From: the human T2T-CHM13v2.0 reference genome, Homo sapiens
DNA: 64,000 nt
Reading direction: 5' to 3' (one strand)
NCBI RefSeq assembly: GCF_009914755.1
Contig: NC_060938.1
Both the position numbers and the translations under genes were made by a program. Shown one piece after another: positions 1 to 13,010 of the stretch. A model generated the notes under the pieces. That model saw only the letters and a list, made by a program, of their open reading frames with translations. It was not told where the DNA came from and did no database searches. The stretch's first letter is position 1. Every line of letters begins with the position of its first letter.

Positions 1-679
1 GGAGTGCCAGCCTCCATGCCCCTCCTTCCCATCCCTCAGGCAGCCCGGCTGTGCCCAGGCACCTCAACTGGGAGCTGCTTCTGGGGGCTGCTCCCCCACA
101 TGCCCAGACCACGGGAGCATCTGCCCCAGCTGCTCCAGACAGGCCATCCCCAGCCAAGCCAAGCCAGAGTCCTGCAAGGTCTGAGAGGTGTGCCCAGGAT
201 CCACCAGGATTCTGTAATTGGACTGCTGTTCTTTCATTTTGCCACGCCGTAGTCTGTGGATTATAGACACCACATGCTATAGATTTCCTGTCAGAGCTCA
301 TGAATCAAGCCCCACTGTCTTATTTACTGTCGGCCAGCAGCTGTGAATAACATCACCCCCAACACACATGCTCACAGGCACGTGCTTATGCAAACACTGC
401 CCGCAGAGCCAGGCCAAGGCTGGGACCCAGATGCCACTATGGGGGCTGTAGCAGGAAGTGAGGTTTCTCTGACACCTTTGTCCCTTACCCTGGCCTCTTG
501 GAAACAAGCAGTCTCCCTATATCACCCTGTAGGGAGACTGATGCCTTCAGATGTCATCTTTCCTCATCCACCTCAGGGTTACTGTCTGTGGGCTGAAGGA
601 GGAGTCCAGACCCTAGACTAGGCTGTGAGCTATCAGCCTATGCCTATGTATGTGGGTAGTGGGAAAAGATTACTATTGT

Positions 680-920
680 GCATGGACTCTGGAGGCAGAG
701 AGATGTGGTTCAAATCCCAGCCAGGTCTCTTAGTACTTATGCAATCCTGAGCTGGTTACATGTTCCCTGAGTCTTAGTTTCCGCACCAATAAAATGGGGA
801 CAGTATTTGCTCATGAAGTGTGTGTGTGTGTGTGTGTCACACACACACAGAGAAAACTAAATGAGAATTAAATGGGTAACACTTAGCACAGAATGGGGGG
901 CCCAATACTCTAAGCTACTA
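680..920 (+). mobile_element. MIR SINE with embedded microsatellite
   Basis: ggttcaaatcccag...ctgagtcttagtttcc...aaaatgggga...aatgggtaacacttagcaca (MIR core). Confidence 0.7.
818..849. repeat. (GT)10(CA)6 self-complementary microsatellite
   Basis: Read directly from the sequence. Confidence 0.9.
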
Positions 921-959
921 TTATGGACGCTAAAGCCAGTGCCTGCAACAGTGCATGTC

Positions 960-1150
960 ATAGACACTGAAATAGCTCACTTAATCTGCCCAACAACTCT
1001 TCCAGGTAGGTATCTCTTCATTTTGCATATAAAGAACCCAAAGCTCAGAGGGGTTAAGTAATTTGTCCAAAGTTGTACAGCTAGTAAGTGATGGAGCCTG
1101 GACTCCAATCCAGTTCTGCCTGACCCCAAGGTCCAGAGCATCTCTATTAC
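960..1150 (-). mobile_element. MIR SINE
   Basis: cattttgcatataaagaacccaaagctcagaggggttaagtaatttgtccaaagttgtacagctagtaagt (reverse MIR core). Confidence 0.75.
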
Positions 1151-1459
1151 ACTCACCTTGAGGTCAAGGACTCTGAGCAAACAGTTCAGGAGACTCCTCA
1201 CCCCACTGAGTCACCAACCAGTCAGATCACCAATGGGCAGCAGCCACTTCCTTTCTCCTACCTGAGGGCACAGACCATGTGTGTCTAATTCACTGTTCTT
1301 TCTATATGTGACAAATGGTCAGGAAATACTTGGATGGATAGGTGGATGCTGGATAGATGGCTGTGTCCCTACAGATGTCATAAGAATGACATCTGAGTAT
1401 GTTTTAAACTAAATACCTACCACACTTCCCAATGAATTTCTTTTGTTCAGTATCCTTCA

Positions 1460-1539
1460 TTAAGTTGGTGCAAAAGTAATTGTGAGTTTTGCCATTACTT
1501 TCAATGGCAAAAACCTCAATAACTTTTGCACCAACCTAA
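1460..1539. mobile_element. MADE1 (Hsmar1-derived mariner MITE), full length, 80 bp
   Basis: TTAAGTTGGTGCAAAAGTAATTG...TTGCCATTACTTTCAATGGCAAAAAC...TTTTGCACCAACCTAA: two ~37 bp TIRs, followed by TA. Confidence 0.92.
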
Positions 1540-2859
1540 TAATTATTAGCCACTTCAAGGTGGCACAAACCTGGTAAAATCATCATTAAAATGCAAATTC
1601 CTTCACTTCAATTTAAAGAGAGATGTCAGATGTCCACAAAGGAAACACTGATAACCTTTCCCCCAGGCTCAGCACCAGACCCAGCCCTGTGGTGGGTGTC
1701 TGGGGCTTGAGACTGTTAGTTTCCATAGACTTGCAAGAGGCTGTACTTACAGGACAACAGGAGGTTTTCCAACGTGAATATTGTTTCCGTCATACCCACA
1801 CAGGCTGGTTTCTTAGTATTCTTTCCTTGTGTCTAAAATGTAAGTCAGGAAAGAGGACCAGACTTCAATTTTCCTGGGCTGTCCTCCTGCTCACCTGTGC
1901 AAGACCTCAGAATCATCCTTAGCCAACTGAATTCTTAAAGCCAGTGCAGTTCCTGAGAAAACAGGTCACTCAGTCTCTCCAAGCCTCAATTTCCTAGTCC
2001 ATAAAATGGGACTGAGAATACCTGTCTCACAGGGATGCTATAGAGCTTAGAGTCTTTGATTCTTCTTCTCAAATCTAGGCTGAGGGATCATATTTTATTT
2101 ATTTCCTTTGTGTCTGGGCAAGTGCATAGACTGTGTTAAATAAATATGGGTGATTGCGGGGTTTTGGGGTGCCACCCGGGGCTTTGGGGACACTGCGCAT
2201 AGTTACTGATATACCCCGTGTTGATGCAGGTGTTAAGTCCCCTTTTGCCTAGGAAGGTGGGTGCATCCTCTTTCTCCCCCCAAGAACAGAAACTTCCACG
2301 GAGTAATAAGGCCTGTAGGGCATATAGCATTTGAATGAGACACACCTACCCTGTGGGATGCCACTAACTTCAAGGCCTGCTCGTGAGTCATCTCCAAGCA
2401 GGCCCCCCTTCCCACTCCCCCAGAAAAGCTTTCACTAGCTTGTTCTGTGCCCAGAGGAAATGCTTCATCCTCAAATGTAATTGTGTCTGAGGAGGTGTCC
2501 TCTGTGACCAGGGGGGTCACAGAGCCAATGAGTGAGTCAGCGCATCCGGACAGAGTTAATTAAAGCAGCGAGGGCTGGCGGGGCAGCTGGAGTCCGGAGT
2601 GGCTGAGCTGCTATGGCGGGAGACAGCTCCCATCAGGAATGGGGCCCAGTGCATGCCAGGGCTCCCTCTGTGGTCTCCTGGGCTCCAAAGGGTGCAAAGC
2701 GGGGATCACGAAAGGAGGCAACAAAGGGAAAGGCAAGATCTCAGTGGCTCACACCTAACTCAATCTACATTCTGTACGCAATATCCACAAATAATCAAGA
2801 GTTTCCTGCAACATCTCTGTGTCCAGAGGGATGCACTGGTCTGGGAAGGGAGGGGTAAT

Positions 2860-3215
2860 TCTTTTAGACTGTCCTTAACCCAAGAAGGTGTGGCCTCCTG
2901 CGAGATGCTCAAGATCTCCAGGGTCTAGAATGGTGCCTGGCACATCCTAGGCACTTAATGGACAGCTCTAGAATGAATGAATGAATGAGATTTGGACTCT
3001 CTAGTTGGGGTTTATCTGAACTACCAATAGCCTAGTGGGTGGTAAGAGAAGGATGAGAAAAAGGAAAGCAGAGAGCATCCTCGTCCACTAGAACGTAAAT
3101 TCCGTAGAGGCAGGTCATTTTGTCTGGTTTTTCCCTGCTGGGTCCCCAGCACCTGGAACAATGCCTGACTCTGAGTACGTGCTCATTAAAGATTTGTTTA
3201 GTGATGAATGAATAG
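2860..3215 (+). mobile_element. Two L2 3'-end fragments
   Basis: gtgcctggcacatcctaggcacttaat...gaatgaatgaatga and ccactagaacgtaaattccgtagaggcagg...gtgctcattaaagatttg..gaatgaat. Confidence 0.7.
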
Positions 3216-4604
3216 AGAAGGGAAAAAGGGAAGGAAAGACTCAGGAAAAGGAAAGAGCCTTTGCAGCTAGGAAAATACTGCTGCACTACTGGGGAAGTAG
3301 GGTCCATGTGCCTGGGGTGGGTCTAATGAAAACCAGGCTTACATTCAGTAAGATTCATCAGGCTTACTATTCTCTCTGCCACCTCACACTCCTTTTCTTG
3401 GGTACCTGTTCCTGTGGGAGACAAGTATTCTTTCAGTGAGTGATACTGGAGCGTTCTTTTCTTCCTCTACTCCCTTGCTGCCACCCACCAACCTGCCCCA
3501 ACTTCTGAAATTCCCATCCTGGGGGAGGTTCCCATGAAGGGCTCCTCTACACCTACATGGAGCAACTGCCCTGAATCTCTGCTCCTCTCCCTCCCACATA
3601 AGCTGGGCTGGACAATCCAGAAGGAACCTCTACTTCTCACTAAAGCATGTCCGCCCTCAAGCCAGCCAGGGGTGTGGGTAGGGCGGACCATGTGCCTAGC
3701 TTCCTTTGATCATAGAAAACACTGTGCTGGACACAGAACAATTCAAAACAGCCCTTGCCCTCGAGAAGTTTGCTACCTTCCTAGAGAGACAGGACATATG
3801 CCTGCGAATGTTTGTACATCCAGAAAAATGTCAGCAAGCTGAAGGGGTTTGAGAAACACTTGCATGGCTGCCCAGGAGACTCAAAGTGACTGTTGCCAGG
3901 GCCCCAACCTACCAGGACGGCAGAAGCCACTAGTGTCTGTAACTTCACAATGAGGGACTGAGTCACTCCCCAGTTTTCAGATTTGGCACTTTGTTTATTT
4001 TCAAACCAGAATATCCTAAGCCAAGCAAATCAATATTCTGTCTCCCAGAGCCTGAAGCCCTCTGATGAGCCAGGTACAATGACAGCTGTATCGAGGCACT
4101 TTAGGGGGTGATTGTTGAGGGAGAGAGACCGGGTCAGGCATGACTCCCCACAAGGCTGATGGCCTCTACCTGATGCCACCATGGACCACCTGGACACAGC
4201 TTGATGGACTAGCAGGACGCAGCTTCTCCCTCTGCCCTGTCCCTCGGCAGGAATCAACAGGCAGTACATCAGTGACATGAGGCTTTGGCAGTGCTGAGTG
4301 AGGCTGGCAGGTGAGGTACAGGGGCCCTGGGCACACCTGCCTGCTGTCTGCCTTGCCTCTGCCAGATGAATACACCTTTGTCATCTTGACTGGTAACCAT
4401 GGGTCTATTCAGTCAGGTAGAGGATGGTGATGCTGAGACCACAGGTTGGGGGTAGATGTCATTGAGGCCGGTGAGCTTTGCACCTGTGCATCACCTCAGT
4501 ATTCCCCCAACCCTGGCCACTGTGGGGCTGGAGTGAGAAAAAGAACCTGGATGAGGGAGCACACCATCCCCATGAATGGAAAAGAATTAAAGTTAATATC
4601 ATTA

Positions 4605-5044
4605 GAGTGGTTTCCTAGGGCAGCTATACCAAAGTACCACACACTGAGTGGCTTAAAAATAAATAAATGTATTGTCTCACTGTTCTGAAGGTTAGAAGTC
4701 CAAGATCAAGGTATGGGCAGTGCCATGCCCCCTATAAAACCCTGGGGAGGATTCTTCCTACGTCTTCCTCACTTATGGTGGTTGCTGGCAGTCACTGGTG
4801 TTCCTGGCTTGGAGCTGCAGCACTTCAGTCTCCTCTGTTGTAACATGTCTGTGTCATCCCCATGTCTTCTCCTCTTCTTATAGGGCCACTGGTTGCATTG
4901 GGTTAGGGCTTGCCCTGCTCCAGTATGGCCTCATCTTAACTTGACATCTGCAATGACCATATTTCTAAATAAGGTCACATTCTCAGGTACTGGGGGTGAG
5001 GACTTCAGCATATCTTTTCGAGGGATGCAATTCAACCCATAACA
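4605..5044 (-). mobile_element. MLT1 (MLT1B/C-like) ERVL-MaLR solo LTR
   Basis: Ends caattcaacccataaca (reverse of TGTTATGGGTTGAATTG). Internal aagtccaagatcaagg and aaataaggtcacattc. Confidence 0.8.
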
Positions 5045-5239
5045 GCCATCAGTATACCACCTTCTGGGTGAAGGTGAAGGAATATTATCTCATGTATGCC
5101 ACCATATGCAAAAAGCTTGTTTTCCTTTCTGTTCAGAGCATATGACCTCTTCTCACCTCTTCTCATAAACCAACAAGAAACAAGGACTGGGTGAATGTCA
5201 GTGGGGGACTCTCTATAGCTGATGAAGAGTATAAACTTC

Positions 5240-5410
5240 ACTGGGTGCAGTGGTTCATGCCTGTAGTCACAGCTACTTGGGTGGCTGAGGCGGGAGGATC
5301 ACTGGGGCCCAGGAGTTCAAGGCTGCAGGGAACTATGATGGCACTACTGCACTCGAGCCTGGGAGACAGAGTGAGACCCAGTCTCTTAAAAAAAAAAAAA
5401 AAAAAAAAAA
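5240..5410 (+). mobile_element. Free Alu monomer (FRAM/FAM-like) with poly(A)
   Basis: Single right-arm-type monomer ending in a long A tail. Confidence 0.8.
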
Positions 5411-5949
5411 GCAAACTCCAAGAAAGCAAGTGAACAGGTTTTTAAGTGTCCTGTTCGCTGTTGAGTCAGTGCCTGGCACAGAGTAGATTTGTTGAATGAA
5501 TGGATAAGTGAATATGGTGGTTGGAGCTCCACAGGCTGGAGTGAACTGTGTGACTCAGGAAAACCACTTACCCTCCTTTACCCGCCTGACTTTTTTCGTG
5601 TGTAAAATGAGAATCAGAACAAGTACACGTAATTTACACATCATTGGGAGCATTGCATAAGAACCTATGTAAATGCCTTAACTCAGTTCCCAGCATGCAG
5701 TAAGTGTTCAGTACATGTTAATTAAATCAGAACCTGTTGGCGGCCACTGAGCAGTCTTTGAGGTTTGGGGCAGCTGCAGTAGTGATGCCAGCCTAGCAAG
5801 CGGGAACGTATCTACTCAACTCTTCTGCAGGAAAGGGTTGAGCTACCTTAACCAGGGAGCTGCTAGTGAGAAAGTGATCAAGCCTCAAGCGGACCTGGGA
5901 GACTAGATTACTAGAGAAGTATTATTACAGGGCACCGGTTGGGGGCACA

Positions 5950-6135
5950 GGCCCTGGAGCCAGACCCTGGGCCTTCAAATCCCAGGTTTAGCCCCAGCCA
6001 GGTGTGGGACCTCTGGCGCAGGGAAGCTCAAGTTTCTCTGACTATAAAGTGGAGACAATAATAACATCTGGCTTTCTGGTGAGGATTGGATAACAGTGCC
6101 TGGCACATGGTGAGTATTGTGTAAGTTTGATATTA
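5950..6135 (+). mobile_element. MIR SINE
   Basis: ggagccagaccctgggccttcaaatcccagg...cagtgcctggcacatggtgagt. Confidence 0.7.
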
Positions 6136-6154
6136 CTAGTGTAACTTTTCTATG

Positions 6155-6560
6155 TCCTCGGCCCCGGTTGCTCTGAGCTAGCTGATTGGAAAGCCCTAAC
6201 CCTCGAACTCCGGGCTTTCTGGGAACGCGGGCTCTCTCCCCTCTTTCCCTCCGCCCCCACGCGCACACAGGCGAGCACCGTCCGCCCTTCCTAGTTCCCA
6301 CCGCGCGCCCCTCGCTGAGCGCTCCGCACACTCTGAGATCCAGCGCGCCCTCTGGTGGCACACGGCCCCGAATCGCCGCGCTCCTGCGGGCCGCGCGCAG
6401 GGTCGCCGGGTAGGCACAGGCACGTCCCGTGGCCACGGACCTTTGCCCTCTGAGGCACCCTAGACCTTGGCTTTCTCTCTCTCCATTGCTCTTGTGAGAA
6501 AAGCTGCCTCGCTCTGCGGCCTCTCTCACGAGCGTGCCATTGTCCCGGAGAGTCCGGGAG
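6155..6560. promoter_or_regulatory. Small orphan CpG island containing a CTCF motif
   Basis: CpG-dense and repeat-free. 6344-6360 read on the - strand is TGCCACCAGAGGGCGCG (CTCF core CCACCAGGGGGCGC). Confidence 0.7.
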
Positions 6561-7070
6561 TTGAAACAGCCCCTGGATAGAGCTGGGGAGAGGGCAGCAC
6601 CCCCTTATCTTGGTGAGGTTTCAGGGCTTGCCCTCCTGGTTCTAACCTCAAAGGAGGGAGTTTAGCTAGGAGACAGCTGTTTTTACAGTCCCCAACCCCA
6701 CCACTTTTTTCTCTGATGTGCTGTTGAAACCGATGGGCAGCTGAAAGGCCCTCATCTCTGCAAATCCGCCTGACTTAAGGTTCACCCTGTATGTCTTGGG
6801 TTCGCCAGCCATTACCATCCCCTAAGACTCGGGGATTACAGTTCCCGCCCTGCCTGCCTCTGTGTGGGTTTATTTAGGCCTTCCAGCCCCATCACTTCAT
6901 CATCATCATCATTTATGAACCGCTAAGCATGTGCCAGGCACTGTTCTAAGTGCTTTGTGCATATAACTCATTTTATCTGGACAAGAGAAGAAACTATAAG
7001 TACAGGAGAGCCTATGAGGAAACTGAGGCACAGAGCGATTAGTGACTTGTCCAAGATCACAGATTGTAAG

Positions 7071-7390
7071 GGCTGGGTGTGGTGGCTCATGCCTGTAATC
7101 CCAGCACTTCAGGAGGCCAAGGCAGGAGGATCGCTTAAGCCCAGGGGTTTGAGACCAGCCTGGGCAACATAGTGAGACGCTATGTCTCACTATGTTAGTT
7201 ACAAAAAAATTAAAAATTATCCAGATGTGGTGGTGTGTACTTGTGGTCCAGCTACTCAGGAGGCTGAACCCGGAGGATCACGAGCCCAGGAAGCTGAGGC
7301 TGCAGTCAGCTATGGTGGAGCCATGGAACTCCAGCCTGGGCAACAGAGCGAGACCCTGTCTCAAAATAAAAATAAAGAAAAGAAAAGAAA
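7071..7390 (+). mobile_element. AluJ inserted into a minus-strand MIR (~6900-7445)
   Basis: Dimeric Alu with ggaggatcgcttaagcccagg (J-type). MIR core gaggaaactgaggcacagag upstream resumes after the Alu. Confidence 0.9.
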
Positions 7391-8096
7391 ACTAAAAGGT
7401 CACACATTGCAGGGGTTTGAACCCTAGCAGCCTGACTCCAAGCCTATGTCAGCCCCGCTGGGTCCTGCTGCCTCCCTGCTGAGCTTTGTGTGGCTGGTCC
7501 TGCTCCCTTGCTTTGCATCCACATACCCTGACCTCTCCATCTGGAATGCCCTTCCTCACCCCCGGGAAATCTGCTTGGCCAACTCCTCTGTGAGCCCTTC
7601 CTTGGCCCCCAGGGTCCTCTACCCGCCCCCCCCCCCCAACCCACACTTCCACCCTCACCTCTCCATGTGCCTGTCATTAGTGTTACTTGCTTACCCCTAC
7701 CACTGGGCTGTGGGGCTGCTGACAGCAGAGGCTGTTTTCTGTTCATATTTGCTCTCTCCACTGCCTAGTACGATGCCAGGGACATGGCAAGTGCTCCTGC
7801 GATGAAGCCAGGCTCACATAGCAGCAGCCTTTTTCCAGGGACCTATCTCACCATTGCACTCTGAAGGGGGAGGACAAGTGCATTAGTCCCATTTTACAGA
7901 TGTAAAGGCTGAGGTCCCGGGGGTGAGGGATTCATCCAACATTGTGACCCAAATGGGAGACACTCTTACCACAGTCCCTTGTTCTGTGCTCAGTGTCTTA
8001 GGCCAAAGGCTTCTGAGGGACCAGAATAAGGTGAGGGGCTGACCCACAAGAACCCATGGGGTCTCGGGGGTGGAAGAGTGTGCCTCATTTGTGTAG

Positions 8097-8977
<881 letters not shown>

Positions 8978-10470
8978 TAAAAAGAAAAATCAGATATTCT
9001 GTCCTGTCTGGGTCCCCGTCACTGGACAGTACAATGCTGGGCAGTAATAAATGCTCAAGGGTGGCCAAGCTGCCTAACTTCTCTGAGCCTCAGTTTTCTT
9101 CTCTGTAAAGTGGGGATAATATATGTATATGTGAGACTGTATACATCAGAGCACCCAGCACAGGGTCCAACACATAGGAGGGAATCATTCGATGTTAGTT
9201 CCCCATCTTCCTCATCAACACTTTCCTGCTGCACCCTCAGCCTCCTGCTCCAATCAGAAAATGAGGCATGGTGAATAGTATTCTCTCTCACCCCACCCTG
9301 GCCCCAGGTGTCTGGTGTGCAGAGGATCAGATGACCCTCTTCCGCAATCTCTTCCCCCCAACCTTGAGGGGCTGCAGGGGACTCTCTGGGCTCCAGCCAA
9401 GTGGAGGTTGGAACTTGCTTCTTCCTTGCAATGCCCAGAGGGAGCCATGGGGAGCTGGAGGTAGAAGTTGAAGGAATGGCTGTCATTGACATGACCTGCT
9501 CCACAGCCCTTTCTCATCATCACCACAAATGGATCGGTGAATGAATGGGTGGAAGAGTCAGAGAAGGGGCTAGGGTTTCTCTCTGGGCATTTTCTGGGTT
9601 CATGAGTGATGGTGCAGAGAGCACAGGCTGACCCTCCTTACCCTTTCTCTGCCTGGCTGTGTCTACAGCAAAGCATTGACTCCTACATTGTGGTGCAGGG
9701 AGGAGCAGGTTTATGGGATGTGCTTGTCTAAGTGTTTTCTCCTATGAACCCATTTAATCTCACAATCACTCTAGGAGGCTGGTACTCTCTCTCTCCCATT
9801 TTACAGATAAGGAGACTGCGACAGAGACTTGCTCAGATTATACGACTACCCCAGAGACTCTAGCCCCAAAGCCTGTGCTCTATGTTATCCTGACTCTAGG
9901 ATGACAGAACGAACATTGTCATTGAAACCCACAGTCTGATTCCTTCTAGCCCCAGCCTGCCCTTCTGGCCCATGGCCATGTGGCCCCACCAACCTCACGT
10001 GACCCCACTGACCTCACATGGCCCCATGTGTGCACCCTCTTTTTAGACCTCCCCACTCTGTGCTAACTCCAGACTCATCCTATCCTCTTGGTGCTGCCTG
10101 CCTTTCAAGGGGAGGGGGCAGGTCCCTTAGGAAATGGAGAACAAGCAATGCATGAATAAATAATCACTCCTGTCCAGCCCCATCAGCGCATGGTCCTGCA
10201 ATTGTTCTGGGAGGCTGGATTCTCCTGTGGGTTTTAACTCACTCTTATTCTCTTGTCCAACTTTATGCTCCCTCACTGTCTGTCCCCCATGATTTCCATC
10301 TCTCCTGAGGAGGGAAAGGGGCCTTGTTGGGCCTTTGATGGCCACTAGGAGCTCCTCTGAGGATCCTCAGGGAAGGTTGACTCTCTCCCTGAACCCCCTC
10401 TCCTCCACATGCACCCCCTGGGGGAGGGTGTGGGCTCCTGCTGGTGCCCCTGCCAAGCTATAGCCCAGCT

Positions 10471-10546
10471 AATGGAGGATAATCTACTAGTATCCGCCAC
10501 TCCTCCCCAATGAGGGATAATCTACTAGCATCCACCACTCCTGCCC
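10471..10546. repeat. 38-bp direct tandem duplication (2 copies)
   Basis: aatggaggataatctactagtatccgccactcctcccc / aatgagggataatctactagcatccaccactcctgccc. Confidence 0.9.
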
Positions 10547-10919
10547 AGTGCCACCAGAAGTATTTTTCTGGGTTCACGGGGCATGAGAGAGAAGAATCTA
10601 TATCCAGAAATTTTAAGGTGCAAGGAGGAGCTCAGAAATGCACAAAAGTATTACCCAAGATGGGATTCACATTTTTTACAAACAGTGCAAATAATAAAGA
10701 GCCCTAATAAAACATTCAGAGCCTTTGACTTAGTCATTTCTCCTCGGACAGCTGATTCTAAGGAAATAATTCCAGAGAAGAAAAAGGATGCATGAGACAT
10801 GAGGAGGTTCATTGCAGAATAGAAGCAGCCTACATATGGGGGAATGATGGTTAATTGACACTTTGATATGATGGTACAATGTGGGGTCATTTTCTTTCTT
10901 TTATGTATGTATATAAGTG

Positions 10920-11208
10920 TTTATTTATTTATAGAGATGGGGGTCTCGCTCCCTGCCTAGACTGGAGAGCAGAGGCATGATCACAGCTCACTGTAGCCTT
11001 GATCTCCTGGACTCAAATGATTCTTCTGCCTCAGTCTTCCAAGTAGCTGGTACTATGGCATGCACCACCATGCTTGGCTAAATTTTACAAACATCTTTTA
11101 GAGCTGGGGATCTTGCTACATTGCCCAGGTCGGTCTCAAATGCCTGGTCTCAGGTGATCCTCTCACCTTGGCCTCCCGAGTAGCTGGGATTACAGGTATG
11201 AGCCACAC
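10920..11208 (-). mobile_element. AluJ
   Basis: Diverged reverse Alu (gatcacagctcactgtagccttgatctcctggactcaa). Confidence 0.9.
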
Positions 11209-11431
11209 ATTAAGCTGGGATCGTTTTAAATAGTGTTTATGAAAATTATGTAACAACATGGAACAGGGACATTCTAACAGGATAAAATACAAAACTACAT
11301 AAAATATATGTGCAGAAGGGAATGAGCAACACTGAAATAATTTTGGTGTAAGTGAGGTGACTAGGATAGTAACTTTCTTTAAAATAAATTGCCTGTTTGA
11401 AATATTCCTGCAATTTAAAAAAAAAATTGCA

Positions 11432-11998
<567 letters not shown>

Positions 11999-12264
11999 TC
12001 AATAAAAAGTTGACAAAAGAAAAAATAAGAAAAAAGTAAGACATGGTGATCACCTTGCGTTCACTAAAACACACTGTGAACTGCAATCTGCACCATCTAT
12101 GGCTAATAGATTTCCCTTCTAAAATGTTTTCTTGTTAAAAATTAGTAATGACTGTTTTTAAAAGCCCTGTTTTCTGAGATTGTTTGAAGCTGAAGATATG
12201 GATAGTAAGAAGACAGACTTAAGAGCTTAAAACATGTAGAATCTGTAAAACTTCTAAATTAGTG

Positions 12265-12435
12265 GCTCCCATGCTTGAGAATCTTCTCCATGACTTGAGC
12301 GCTTGTGAAAACACAGATTGCTGGTCCCCACCCGGCAAGTCTGTGGTGGGACCCGAGAATATGCATTTCTAATACTTTCCCAGGTGATACTGGCGCTGCT
12401 GGCTTTGTGGAACCCACATTGAGAACCACTGCCCT
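12265..12435. mobile_element. MER5 (hAT-Charlie) fragment
   Basis: cagattgctggtcccc...gaatatgcatttctaatactttcccaggtgat...ttgagaaccactg. Confidence 0.75.
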
Positions 12436-12799
12436 GAAATAACCTTCTAGAATACCAAGCATGTTGGTAGGGGAAGACCATTGCTGAGAAACATCGCCAC
12501 ATGTTCTTCCTTCTGCAAAACCGAAGCTGGTGTTAAGTTTCGATAATAATAATTCTAACATCCAGAGGACATCAGTTCCTATGATCATCTGGCACTATGA
12601 TCTGTGCAGAATGAATTGATTTTAACTGACCCTACTGATGTCTTCCAAAAACTCTAGCTGAAGCTGGTATTGCTGTCGTCAGGTATGAAAGGTACATAGA
12701 GAGAAACCCATTCAAGGGTGAGGAAATGCACAAATTAGAACTATTGGCATTATATCTTTAAACACAAGTGACTGCCTTTTATAGGGGTGAAAAAACAAT

Positions 12800-13010
12800 A
12801 AATAACATTTATTGAGCAATTACTCTATGCCAGGCACTATGCTGAGAACTTTTATCTGCCTTGTCTCATTTCATTCGCAGAAGCACCCTATTAGGTCAGT
12901 CCTATCAGTATCCCCATTGCCCAGAGAGTTGAGTAGAGTAGCTCCCCAGAAGCCCACAGCCGATACATGGGGGAGTCAGGGTTGAAGCCCAGGTCCAGAG
13001 CCAGTGCTCT
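12800..13010 (-). mobile_element. MIR SINE
   Basis: aataacatttattgagcaattactctatgccaggcactatgct... Confidence 0.7.

Noticed and set aside
5975-6529. 184-aa minus-strand ORF
   Set aside because: Composite of CpG-island and MIR sequence, with no protein-like features.
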